Assembly: GCA_016180645.1 (NCBI GenBank)
Contig: JACPAV010000020.1
Location: 62,001 to 118,817 of the forward strand
DNA length: 56,817 bases
Source of the DNA: Nitrospirota bacterium
GTDB lineage: Bacteria; JACPQY01
Reading direction: 5' to 3'
Made by a program: the position numbers and the translations under genes. Numbering within the stretch: the first letter of the stretch is position 1; each line of letters begins with the position of its first letter. Below the pieces are notes generated by a model. It ran no database searches. It had not been told where the DNA came from and saw only the letters and a program-made list of their open reading frames with translations. Positions 38,652 through 47,543 of this stretch are shown here, piece after piece.

Positions 38652-39066
38652 GGGCGAGCTTGCTCGCCCTCTTGGCGGGCCGCCAAGGCAGCCCCTACGC
38701 GGCCCACCCAACGGGTGAGCCGGTTTCCCTCGGCAGCCGGGCGTTGTCTACGGATTAGGGGCCTGATGCCCTTCTTGAAATCGTGCGGCCTTGGGTGCAG
38801 AAGGCGGAGAACGATCTCAAAACGCGGCCCTGACGTTGCGCTCCGAAGAAGACTGCCCGACCGACACCGCCTGCTTTCATGTTCAGCAGTGTGTCGAGAA
38901 ATACATCAAGGCCTTCCTGACGCTACGAGTGATTGACTTCCCGAAGGTGCATGACCTGAAACAGATCATTGCGATCTTGCCCGGTGATTGCAGAATTCCT
39001 TTCACGGTGGAGGAACTGCGACGTTTGACCGACTATGCCACGATGCGTCGCCGGGCGAAAGCCTGA
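38605..39066 (+). pseudogene. HEPN toxin, disrupted by a MITE insertion and a frameshift
   Basis: WVQKAENDL and CFHVQQCVEKYIKAFL...FPKVHDL lie in different frames. Confidence 0.8.
38618..38760. mobile_element. 143-bp MITE with 17-bp imperfect terminal inverted repeats and a 5-bp GCCTG target duplication
   Basis: CCTTAATCCGTCGGCAA...TTGTCTACGGATTAGGG; GCCTG at 38613 and 38761. Confidence 0.85.
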
Positions 39067-39120
39067 GCGCCGAGAGACTGTTCGAGATTATCTCCAGGTA
39101 GATCCCCGACAAAGCCATGG

Positions 39121-39228
39121 AGGCGGTTGACCGTCGTCCCGTCTGCCTGTGCGTCCCTGCATGCAGACAGGTCGCCCAGTTGGCCGTTACGGTTCCATCC
39201 CCAGCATTTGAGCGTTCCATCGGAGGCC
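39121..39228 (-). pseudogene. Orphan RCC1-repeat fragment
   Basis: ASDGTLKCWGWNRNGQLGD-[30-bp palindrome]-GTTVNRL. Confidence 0.7.
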
Positions 39229-39407
39229 GCTCGAGCAGGATCTCGCGCTGATCAGGGACTACGAGACGGCGTTGAGGCGTGCAGCAGAGACCCTGGATGG
39301 TTCCGATTCAGCATCAGCGTAAAGCGTGCCACCAACGGCAGGCAAGCATCGGACACAAAGAAGACAGCAAACACTATGAAAAACCTTCCACAAGGAGCAA
39401 AGGCGAC

Positions 39408-39914
39408 ATGACCGTTGACACGCCTCCCGACCGACTCCATCGCAGGAGGGTAGGGGTCCACACCCCCGAGCCCTGGGTGGCCCGAAAGATTCCGGAACAA
39501 AACCGAAAAGGGAGAGGCGCACGCCCGCTCCTGGACTACGCTTTTGAAGTCAACCCACAGGAGATGTATGCGAAACCGGACGGCTCGCCGGCGTTTGTCA
39601 TCTGCCGAATCCCGTTCGGCTCGGGTGAGTACCTCTCAGACCAGGAGGAAGCCAATGCGCAGCGAATCGCCGCGTGTGTCAATGCGTGCAAGGGTCTCGA
39701 CTCGAGGGCGCTCAGCGAAGGAAAGCTGGCGGAGGTGGTCAACGCGATGGACCGTGTTCTCGACTGCCTTCGGGTAAACGTGGGACTCGGAGACGCCCGG
39801 CTCATAGGTGAGGAAACGCTGGAGAAAGCCCGTGAGGCCCTTGAGGCCCTGCGAGGCCCGGGGAGGGGACACTGGTGGAAAGCCGAGAGGGAGCGGGAAA
39901 GGAACGAGACATAA
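39408..39914 (+). CDS. Hypothetical protein (HTPEPW...ANAQRIAACVNAC)
   Basis: Phage/ICE-type motif. Confidence 0.7.
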   Translation: MTVDTPPDRLHRRRVGVHTPEPWVARKIPEQNRKGRGARPLLDYAFEVNPQEMYAKPDGSPAFVICRIPFGSGEYLSDQEEANAQRIAACVNACKGLDSRALSEGKLAEVVNAMDRVLDCLRVNVGLGDARLIGEETLEKAREALEALRGPGRGHWWKAERERERNET

Positions 39915-40253
39915 ATGTCAACCGATGCGGACATGACGTCCGAGCCTGAGCGCACCCCCACGGACGCAACCAACAAACCGGATCTGCGAGAGTCCGTTAT
40001 CCTCATGGAAAACATCACAATTGAGTCAGAGGGGACGGACGGAAAAGGTTATGAGAAACTCATTCGCGGTGGAGAGACCGTCGGGTATCTCCTACGACTG
40101 AGAAGCGGCTGGGGCCTCCGGCACTACAGCGACAAAGGGGGATGGCGCCTGGAAACCAACCCCGCAAAAGCACTCCAGATCATTCGGGGGGAGCGCACAC
40201 CAAAGAAGCATCCCGCCACAACGTTGGCCCGCGCACCCGGACAGACCGAGTAG
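39915..40253 (+). CDS. Hypothetical protein
   Basis: Abuts the previous stop codon. Confidence 0.55.
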   Translation: MSTDADMTSEPERTPTDATNKPDLRESVILMENITIESEGTDGKGYEKLIRGGETVGYLLRLRSGWGLRHYSDKGGWRLETNPAKALQIIRGERTPKKHPATTLARAPGQTE

Positions 40254-40356
40254 AAACAGAACAAGTCCACCCCCGTCCAGGCACACACCGTCAGGACGGA
40301 TCCACCCCATGAAACCAAGAGCGAGAGACAGTTCAGCCAGGAACCGGAGAAACGAG

Positions 40357-41235
40357 ATGACACCAATAGCAGCAACCGCGGAGAGCACTTCAGAAGTCAC
40401 ACCTCCCGGAGACCAACTCATTCTCATCGAGGTAAGGAAGAAGCAGGCTGCCATGCGGCGGGTCGCCGTGAGGGACATCGTCCTTTCCGGACCCGCGCCC
40501 GACGTAAAAAAGCTGGCCGACTCGATCGGTCGGGTCGGACTCCTCCAGGCGCCGACCCTTGAGGCCGCTGGCGACGGGCGCTACCGGGTTCGGGCGGGCC
40601 GCCGGCGCGTGTGGGCCCTTCGATCGCTTGGCTGGGAGATGATCGACGCAAGGGTTTACGACGAGGGGGACCTGAGCGAAGTGGAGCGCGTAGGGATTCT
40701 TCTCACGGAAAATGGGAACCGATCTGAAAACCCCGTGGCTGAACTGGCAGCGATCGAGAGGCTTGTCGCCTCCGGACTTACGGCAAAGGGCATCGCGAAA
40801 AGCCTGGGGCAACCCAGCACATGGGTAAAAGCGCGGCTCGCCCTTCGAAACCTCTCACCCGACCTACGGAAGGCGCTTGAAACGGGGACGCTGACGCTGA
40901 GCACGGCCCTGCGCGCAGCGAGACTCAATAAAGAAGAGCAAGGCGCCCTGGTCGAGAAATGGCAGGAGGAAGGAGCAGAACGGATCAGCCTCGACGCCGT
41001 GGAGGCCATGAAAAAGAAGGAACCGGTGTCCGTTCCCCTCCGGATGTTCGCCACCGACCCGACCAAAGGAAACGAGCCGCTGGAGCGGGTGCGAAGAATC
41101 AAGGAGGGCCTACGGGACCTTCTGAAGGAACTAAAGCACACGGGCAATGAAGGGGCCGCGAAACATGCGCAAGAAGCCTACGAGTGTCTTGGACGCCTGC
41201 GCGCGGCCCTCGAAACAAAGGAAGGAAAAGACTGA
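40357..41235 (+). CDS. ParB/RepB/Spo0J family protein
   Basis: LADSI..VGLLQ, AGRRRVWA, ENGNR and HTH IAKSLG..STWV motifs. Confidence 0.88.
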   Translation: MTPIAATAESTSEVTPPGDQLILIEVRKKQAAMRRVAVRDIVLSGPAPDVKKLADSIGRVGLLQAPTLEAAGDGRYRVRAGRRRVWALRSLGWEMIDARVYDEGDLSEVERVGILLTENGNRSENPVAELAAIERLVASGLTAKGIAKSLGQPSTWVKARLALRNLSPDLRKALETGTLTLSTALRAARLNKEEQGALVEKWQEEGAERISLDAVEAMKKKEPVSVPLRMFATDPTKGNEPLERVRRIKEGLRDLLKELKHTGNEGAAKHAQEAYECLGRLRAALETKEGKD

Positions 41236-41963
41236 TGGCACGAGCACTGGCCGTCCCGCGCGGTTGCGGGAGCCGAAAAGGGGGCGGCATTTACCTGGAA
41301 ACGGGAATGAGCCCCTACGGGACCCCCATCGAGGAACTCCTGATTGACCCACCGCTCAGCGAGAAAGACGGAGGGTCCCCCAATTGGTTCAGACCCCACC
41401 GGTCCCCCATCCTGTTCGAAAAGGACGGCGCCTGGCATGTCCTCATCTGGGTGGGAAAAGAGTTCTACGAGAGCGTCTGGGATTTCATTGAGGAGGTGCG
41501 AGTCGCCGGCGTCTCACGCCGGGTACCGGAGCATCTCGATTTCTCCAAACTGACGGCGAAGTCGCGAATGTTCTTCGTCCACCCGACGGCTTGGACGAGG
41601 GCGGAGACCGAGTCGGACCCGCTCTGCTTCTGTCCCAAGAAACTCCACTTCACCCTTCGACAGGAGCCCTCCTGTATCGGGGGATCGCTCTATCTGACGC
41701 CCCCCACGCTCGTGGAGAACAAGACCAAGTGGAGAGGTCTCCCGTGCGGCCACCGGTACAAGGTCTGCGGCCTGGCGCCCGGTGACGACCTGCCGGGTCT
41801 TGTCGAATTGATCGCCAAGATGCAGGTCGGACCGGGCATGTTCCTCCAGACTGCGATCACGGGGATCGCGCTCGTGCGCAAACACGACGGCTCGTTCGAT
41901 CCGAAGGTCGCGGAACATGTCCGCAAGGCGGAGCAGATCGAGGTGTTTGAAACGGACGCGTAG
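41235..41963 (+). CDS. Hypothetical protein (RGCG.R..GGIY)
   Basis: TGATG coupling; protein-like. Confidence 0.75.
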   Translation: MARALAVPRGCGSRKGGGIYLETGMSPYGTPIEELLIDPPLSEKDGGSPNWFRPHRSPILFEKDGAWHVLIWVGKEFYESVWDFIEEVRVAGVSRRVPEHLDFSKLTAKSRMFFVHPTAWTRAETESDPLCFCPKKLHFTLRQEPSCIGGSLYLTPPTLVENKTKWRGLPCGHRYKVCGLAPGDDLPGLVELIAKMQVGPGMFLQTAITGIALVRKHDGSFDPKVAEHVRKAEQIEVFETDA

Positions 41964-42012
41964 AGGCGAGCGGCCGTAGCCCGGGCGGCTGGAGCCGAAC
42001 GAGAGGGACACG

Positions 42013-42978
42013 ATGGGAAGGACAACGAAGGCTTGGGTCTGGACGAAGGAAATGGATGCCTTGCTGAGAGAAGCCTACCGTGTGCGTCGAAGAGGGATAA
42101 CCGCCAGGCTCGAAAGAGACCTCCACGTCTCAAGGCACTCCATCGGGAAACGGGCACGGCACCTGGGGCTGACGCGACCGGCCGAAGCGGCGTGGACCCC
42201 AGCGGAAACAAGGATCATCGAAGAGCTGGGATACCTGAGCGTCTGGCCCCTGCAGAGAAGGCTCTTCAAGGAAACGGGCGTACTCCGATCGCTGGGCGCG
42301 ATCGCCATGAAACGCAAGAGGATGAGGCTCCGAGGGGAATTCGGGGGATACACGTGGAGTCAGACCGCCGAAGGGCTGGGCGTAAGCCCCCATAAGGTCG
42401 CTCGCTGGTGCGAGGAAGGAAAACTGCGTTCCATCGTGAGGAACCCGGAGGCAAGCCATACGAGCGATGAGCGTCACTGGATCGAAGAGCGGGACCTGCG
42501 GTCCTTCATCATCGAGCATCCCGAAGAGCTAAGACTCGGTACCGTTGACGCACCCTGGTTCATCTCGATCCTGACCAAGGATGGCGGTGCGACGGCAGGC
42601 CAGGTACGCCGGACCGAACCCACGCGCAAGGATTTCACAGCGCAGACCACCGTCGTGCCGGCCCTGGCAGCGGAGCGGGCGGTCGCCGCCCTCGCAAGCC
42701 AGATTACGGAGACCTTGAAGGGGCGCGTGCCGGTCTATGTGTGGGCAAACATCACGGAAGAGATTCTCACGAGCGGAACGCTTCCGGCCGCTCGCCGGCG
42801 GCGGGTCATGGAGGACGATACAAGCGAGGAAGCGGCATGGGTACGGGCGCTGGAAGCGCTGCACCGACTACGGGAGCCGCTCTCCAAGCTCGGGGCGCAG
42901 CGGCTCCAGAAGGTCCTCTCCCTCGTTCGACTCACCCTGGGGGGCGTCCAGCCGGAGTCGCTTCTCGAAGCGGCCTAG
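42013..42978 (+). CDS. Multi-HTH putative DNA-binding protein
   Basis: WT..MD.LL and WT.AE repeats; AEGLGVSPHKVARW..EGKL. Confidence 0.7.
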   Translation: MGRTTKAWVWTKEMDALLREAYRVRRRGITARLERDLHVSRHSIGKRARHLGLTRPAEAAWTPAETRIIEELGYLSVWPLQRRLFKETGVLRSLGAIAMKRKRMRLRGEFGGYTWSQTAEGLGVSPHKVARWCEEGKLRSIVRNPEASHTSDERHWIEERDLRSFIIEHPEELRLGTVDAPWFISILTKDGGATAGQVRRTEPTRKDFTAQTTVVPALAAERAVAALASQITETLKGRVPVYVWANITEEILTSGTLPAARRRRVMEDDTSEEAAWVRALEALHRLREPLSKLGAQRLQKVLSLVRLTLGGVQPESLLEAA

Positions 42979-43098
42979 CAACACAGCCCAAGCAGCACCC
43001 ACTGTTCCGCATCGCCGAGGACCGCAAGCCACCCACCCATTCGGGAGCAATGGGGACGTCGCGGCCGTGCCACAGACCATTCAAGAGGAAAACCCCAC

Positions 43099-43353
43099 AT
43101 GAAAAGAGAGAACGATCCCCTTCAAAACCTCGTCAGCGGCGCCCTCCGCGGAGAACCGGCCGCCGAGAGATATTTTCGGGAGCTGGGCGAGAAGGTCGCC
43201 CGCACCATTATGGGACCCGCAACGCGAGGGGTGCTGGGGACCCTCCAGCAGGACCTCGGAAACGAAGGACCCGCCGCAAACGATCTCTTATTCCGGGCCG
43301 CCGCAACGTTCGGCCTTATCGAGGGCGGACGGATCCTGAGCGGGCAGCAGTAG
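43099..43353 (+). CDS. Hypothetical protein
   Basis: GAGG RBS. Confidence 0.55.
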   Translation: MKRENDPLQNLVSGALRGEPAAERYFRELGEKVARTIMGPATRGVLGTLQQDLGNEGPAANDLLFRAAATFGLIEGGRILSGQQ

Positions 43354-43368
43354 GACCGGAGGCCCAAG

Positions 43369-44118
43369 TTGAAGAACCTTACTGCCTCGGAGAGCACGGG
43401 GACGGAGCCCCACCCGGAGAAACAAGAGACTCGATCATTCCTAAGAATCGGCGGGGCGCACGTTTACGTGGCGGATATTCTCACCCAGCCGGCAGGCAAC
43501 ATACATACACTCGTGCTCGCGCGGTTCTACGGGGCACGCGAGGCCGTCAAGGCCGTGGCTTCCGGGCTATGGCTTCGAAAAGAGGTCTTCTTTTGTCGCG
43601 ACGAGAATGCGGACGGGAAAGTCCTCGAGCAACTGGAGCAAGACCACTACATATCGACCGAGGAGGGCATCGCGAGGCTCCGGCTTGAACTTGACCTAAA
43701 GTACGAGCGAAGCCACTCCACCGTCCGGACGGGCGTCAGCATGATGACCCTCCTTCACCCTCAGGCGTGCGGACAGATTGCCGAAGAAAGGAGCTTCTAC
43801 GTCATCGTTCCAAGAGGGGAGGACCCTCTGGGAGCCTTCGTTCGCGCCGCCAACCGGGCCGTCACCATACCCATTCCGAGTCACCTCGCCGGGCCCCTCT
43901 GGAAACGGATGCAGACACAGAGAGACATCATCCCGCTACATGGGAGAGGACAGTTCGAAGGGTTCAGCGTCCGCACCACTCCCAGGATCAAGGAGGACGT
44001 CACGCGGATCGTCCGAGCGCAGGCGAAGGTCGTGAATATCGAAGACGCGCGACACGCCTCGAAAACTCCACCCCGAGCAAAGGGCCGCGGGGAGAGACCG
44101 ATTCGCCAAGCGGCGTAA
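43369..44118 (+). CDS. Hypothetical protein upstream of the methyltransferase-helicase pair
   Basis: GGAGG RBS and TTG. Confidence 0.65.
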   Translation: MKNLTASESTGTEPHPEKQETRSFLRIGGAHVYVADILTQPAGNIHTLVLARFYGAREAVKAVASGLWLRKEVFFCRDENADGKVLEQLEQDHYISTEEGIARLRLELDLKYERSHSTVRTGVSMMTLLHPQACGQIAEERSFYVIVPRGEDPLGAFVRAANRAVTIPIPSHLAGPLWKRMQTQRDIIPLHGRGQFEGFSVRTTPRIKEDVTRIVRAQAKVVNIEDARHASKTPPRAKGRGERPIRQAA

Positions 44119-44153
44119 AACGCCGGCGGCCCTAGAACGAAAGGAGCAATCCC

Positions 44154-45155
44154 ATCCACGGAGAAGGACAGATTCGGCTCGGATTTTATCCCGCGCCCCC
44201 CAAAGTCGTGGAGGCGTTGCGGACAGCGGTCCACAATCCCGGGACCACGTTCGCAGCCCTGGATCCGTGCGCGGGAGAAGGAGCAGCGCTCGCAGGTCTG
44301 ACCGGCGGAACCCGGGCCATCACGTACGGAATCGAACTTGATCAGGTGCGGGCGCGGCGCGCCGGCGAGAAGCTCCAGCACGTGCTCCACACGAGCCTGT
44401 TCGACACCTTCATCGAACCCGGCAGCATCTCGCTCCTTCTTCTCAACCCGCCCTACGACGATGCCGGAGGCCGCCGGCTCGAGGAGCGATTCCTGCGACG
44501 GGCGTGGCCGGCACTGAAGCCAGAGGGGGTTCTCGTTTTCATTGTGCCGGAGATTCTCCTCAGAGACTACCAAGTACGCGTTGTTCTTGGATGCCGGTTC
44601 CACTCCATCAAGGCCTACCGTTTTCCCGAGGGAGAGTACGAACGATTCCGGCAAATATTCGTCATCGGCAAGCTGAGGGCCGACCCGGATTGGCACAGGC
44701 GTGAGCACGACATCCCGACCGAGCCCTTCGAGAGCTTGGGCAAACATCTTCGGGTTTCCGGACCCTGGAGCATTCCGTACGGAAAAGCGCTCTCAACCTT
44801 CACCTGCACGGAGGTCAGCGAAGATGACGTAAGGGCCGAGCTCGAAACGGGCACTTCGGCCCGGTGGCTCGCCGACAAACTGCGGGGAACCTTCGCGCAG
44901 ATGGAACGACCCCTCATGCCCCTCAAGAAAGGCCACATTGTGCAGCTCCTCCTGGGCGGATTTCTGGACAACACGGTGATCGAGCTTCCCGGAGAGAAAG
45001 GTCCCAGGCGGGTGGCCGTCAAGGGATTTTCCCAAAAGCACACGCATACGTTCGAAGACGAGGAGAAGGGCAAGACGATCATCCGGGAATACATGCAATG
45101 CGGAGTCAATATCCTTGACCTCGCCACGGGACAAATCGAGGAGATGAGATTTTGA
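44154..45155 (+). CDS. DUF6094-type amino-methyltransferase; probable ATC start
   Basis: LGFYP (upstream of the track's start), LDPCAGEG, YGIELD, NPPY and PLMPLKKGH motifs. Confidence 0.85.
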   Translation: MHGEGQIRLGFYPAPPKVVEALRTAVHNPGTTFAALDPCAGEGAALAGLTGGTRAITYGIELDQVRARRAGEKLQHVLHTSLFDTFIEPGSISLLLLNPPYDDAGGRRLEERFLRRAWPALKPEGVLVFIVPEILLRDYQVRVVLGCRFHSIKAYRFPEGEYERFRQIFVIGKLRADPDWHRREHDIPTEPFESLGKHLRVSGPWSIPYGKALSTFTCTEVSEDDVRAELETGTSARWLADKLRGTFAQMERPLMPLKKGHIVQLLLGGFLDNTVIELPGEKGPRRVAVKGFSQKHTHTFEDEEKGKTIIREYMQCGVNILDLATGQIEEMRF

Positions 45156-47515
45156 GCGCTGCCGTTGAAACCATCGGACAGGAAGGCCCATGGCCGGGAC
45201 ACACGCCCACGGGAGAACCCAGCGCCGGAGAGGACGGTCCGGTCGAGGTAAGCGGAAGTTCCGCCCTCCGGTTTATTGAAGAGCACGGAGACCTTCTCCT
45301 TAACCGTGTTGTAGACGCCTACCCCCCACTGTACGGGGGCACGGTACCGCCCGCCGTGGCAAACCACGTGGCCGGGCTGAAACGAACGCCTTTCCCCGCG
45401 CAGCAGCACGCGATCGCGGCGCTGTGGACGAGGCTTGGGGAGGCCCACGGGGTCGACGCGCCTTTTGTCGGCGAGATGGGCGTGGGGAAAACCTTGTGTG
45501 CACTCGCCCAGGCCCACATCCTAATCCAGGAGCAGTTCGGCGGCCTGGGGCGGATTCTCGTCTTATGCCCATCCCACCTGCTCAGGAAATGGCAGAAGGA
45601 GGCGCAGGACACGATCCCCGCGTGCGAGACCTACATCCTTCGAACGCTCTCCGACATCGACCATGTGTTTCAAGGGAAACTGAACGGTACCCAGGTCCTT
45701 CTGTTATCCAAGGAGACGGCCAAGTTGGGGATGCCACGGCATGCAACTTTCTGGCAAAGTCGATCCAAGAGGAACGGCGTCTTCTTCTGTCCCCACTGCG
45801 GAGCCGGTGAAATCACCTACCAGGACCCGAACCGCCCGCACACCGAGGACCGGGAGACCCATCCGCCCAATCCGGACTCGAAGAAATTCCCCTACTGCGC
45901 CGAGTGCGACGCACCCCTCTGGACCTGGACACGCCTGCCCGGGGGGAGGGCCCGGTACCCGCTGGCCGAATACATCGCACGGCGCCGGTACGGGATTCAA
46001 GTTTTCATTCCCGACGAAGTGCACCAGTTCAAGGGAGGCAACACGGCCCAAGGCGCGGCATTCTACCGGCTCTCGCGACAAGCGAAAAAGATGATCCTTG
46101 CGACAGGAACGATCGTCAACGGATACAGTTCCAGCCTCTTTTACCTGCTGTACCGAATCTCACCGGAGGTACGAAGGGAGTTCGGGTTCAATGAGGTCCA
46201 GCGATGGATCGAGCTGTACGGTTGCACGGAGAAGATCATCCACCACGAGGAGGGAGACGCGGGCATCGTGACACGCAAGCACGCGGTGCGCGAGACCGTG
46301 CGGGAGAGGCCCGGCATATCGCCGCTCGTCTTCAGGTATCTGCTGAATCGGACCGTGTTTCTCTCGCTTCGGGACGTCCACGAGGCCCTTCCCGACTTCG
46401 AGGAACTCCCCGTCGCCGTACCGATGAGCGACTCCCAGAAGAAGCTCTACGAGGAGATCGAAACGGGCTTCAGGTACCTCCAAGGCCTCGACCGGGACCC
46501 AAAAAGCATGGGGCTCTTCCTGCAGGTACTTCTCTCCTGGCCCGACAACCCGTGGAAGTCGGAAGCCATCGTCAACCGGGAGATGAAAGAGGTCTATCAT
46601 GTACCCGCCCTTGAAGGGACAAGCGAAAGCCGGGAGCTCCTTCCCAAAGAGGAAAAGCTTCTCGATGTAATCCGTACGGAAGCCCGCCAGCGGAGGAAAG
46701 TGTTTCTGTTTGCAACCTTCACGGGAGTACGAGACGTCCAGCCGCGGCTTGCGGAGGTCCTCACGCGAGCGGGTCTGCGCGTGACTACCCTACGGTCCGA
46801 CACCGTGAAGGCGGAGGATCGAATGGAATGGATCGAGCAGGCGTCGAAGTCGAGCGACGTGATCATTGCGAATCCCCGTCTTGTGGAAGTCGGTCTCGAC
46901 CTGATCGACTTTCCAACGCTGATCTACTACCAGTCCGAGTACAACCTGTACACCTTGAGACAATCCAGCCGCCGCTCCTGGAGGATCGGGCAGACCCGGC
47001 CCGTCAAAGTCTATTACTTCTACTACACGAGGACCGCGCAGGAGAAAGCGACGGCTCTGAGCGGCAAGAAGCTCGCTGCCGCGCTGATGATCGACGGCGA
47101 GTCCATTCCGGAGCAGGGGCTGGCGGCCGGCGAAGGATCAAGCATCCTGTCGGAGCTCTCGGACGCGCTCATGAGAAATACGCAGCTCCCGGATATCCGC
47201 GAGATATTCGCGAAGTCCCGTGTCCAGGGAGGACTGAGCGCGCCCCGCACCAATCCCAGCGAATACCTTTCCCAAGCGGACAGTGGGAAGGCGATGCCGC
47301 CTGGTCGGCTGCACACCTCGCCCGAGAATGGATGGTCGCAAGGATTGGTGCGGGGCGCGTCGGCGGCCCTGCCTGCCGCGACGGCGCAGGCAGGGAACTC
47401 GGCCGAGACGGGAACCAAGGGCGCAGAGCAAAGCGCCATCAACCATGTCGGGACGGAAGAAGTACAGCCTCCCACACCCAAGGCCAATAAGCGGGGGCAG
47501 TTCCTGCTCTTCTGA
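45152..47515 (+). CDS. SF2 (SNF2-like) helicase with Zn ribbons
   Basis: GEMGVGKT, DEVH, ATGT, GLDL and RRSWRIGQ motifs; in-frame element C near the C-terminus. Confidence 0.9.
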   Translation: MSAAVETIGQEGPWPGHTPTGEPSAGEDGPVEVSGSSALRFIEEHGDLLLNRVVDAYPPLYGGTVPPAVANHVAGLKRTPFPAQQHAIAALWTRLGEAHGVDAPFVGEMGVGKTLCALAQAHILIQEQFGGLGRILVLCPSHLLRKWQKEAQDTIPACETYILRTLSDIDHVFQGKLNGTQVLLLSKETAKLGMPRHATFWQSRSKRNGVFFCPHCGAGEITYQDPNRPHTEDRETHPPNPDSKKFPYCAECDAPLWTWTRLPGGRARYPLAEYIARRRYGIQVFIPDEVHQFKGGNTAQGAAFYRLSRQAKKMILATGTIVNGYSSSLFYLLYRISPEVRREFGFNEVQRWIELYGCTEKIIHHEEGDAGIVTRKHAVRETVRERPGISPLVFRYLLNRTVFLSLRDVHEALPDFEELPVAVPMSDSQKKLYEEIETGFRYLQGLDRDPKSMGLFLQVLLSWPDNPWKSEAIVNREMKEVYHVPALEGTSESRELLPKEEKLLDVIRTEARQRRKVFLFATFTGVRDVQPRLAEVLTRAGLRVTTLRSDTVKAEDRMEWIEQASKSSDVIIANPRLVEVGLDLIDFPTLIYYQSEYNLYTLRQSSRRSWRIGQTRPVKVYYFYYTRTAQEKATALSGKKLAAALMIDGESIPEQGLAAGEGSSILSELSDALMRNTQLPDIREIFAKSRVQGGLSAPRTNPSEYLSQADSGKAMPPGRLHTSPENGWSQGLVRGASAALPAATAQAGNSAETGTKGAEQSAINHVGTEEVQPPTPKANKRGQFLLF
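47242..47356. mobile_element. MITE-like element C, in-frame in the helicase tail
   Basis: Inverted near-identical copy of 9511-9657. Confidence 0.85.
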
Positions 47516-47543
47516 ACACCCCCATCGAAAGGAGACCCAACCC

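Noticed and set aside
39121-39228. DGR template repeat for the RCC1 gene
   Set aside because: Differences are not confined to adenines, it is interrupted by a palindrome, and there is no reverse transcriptase in the window
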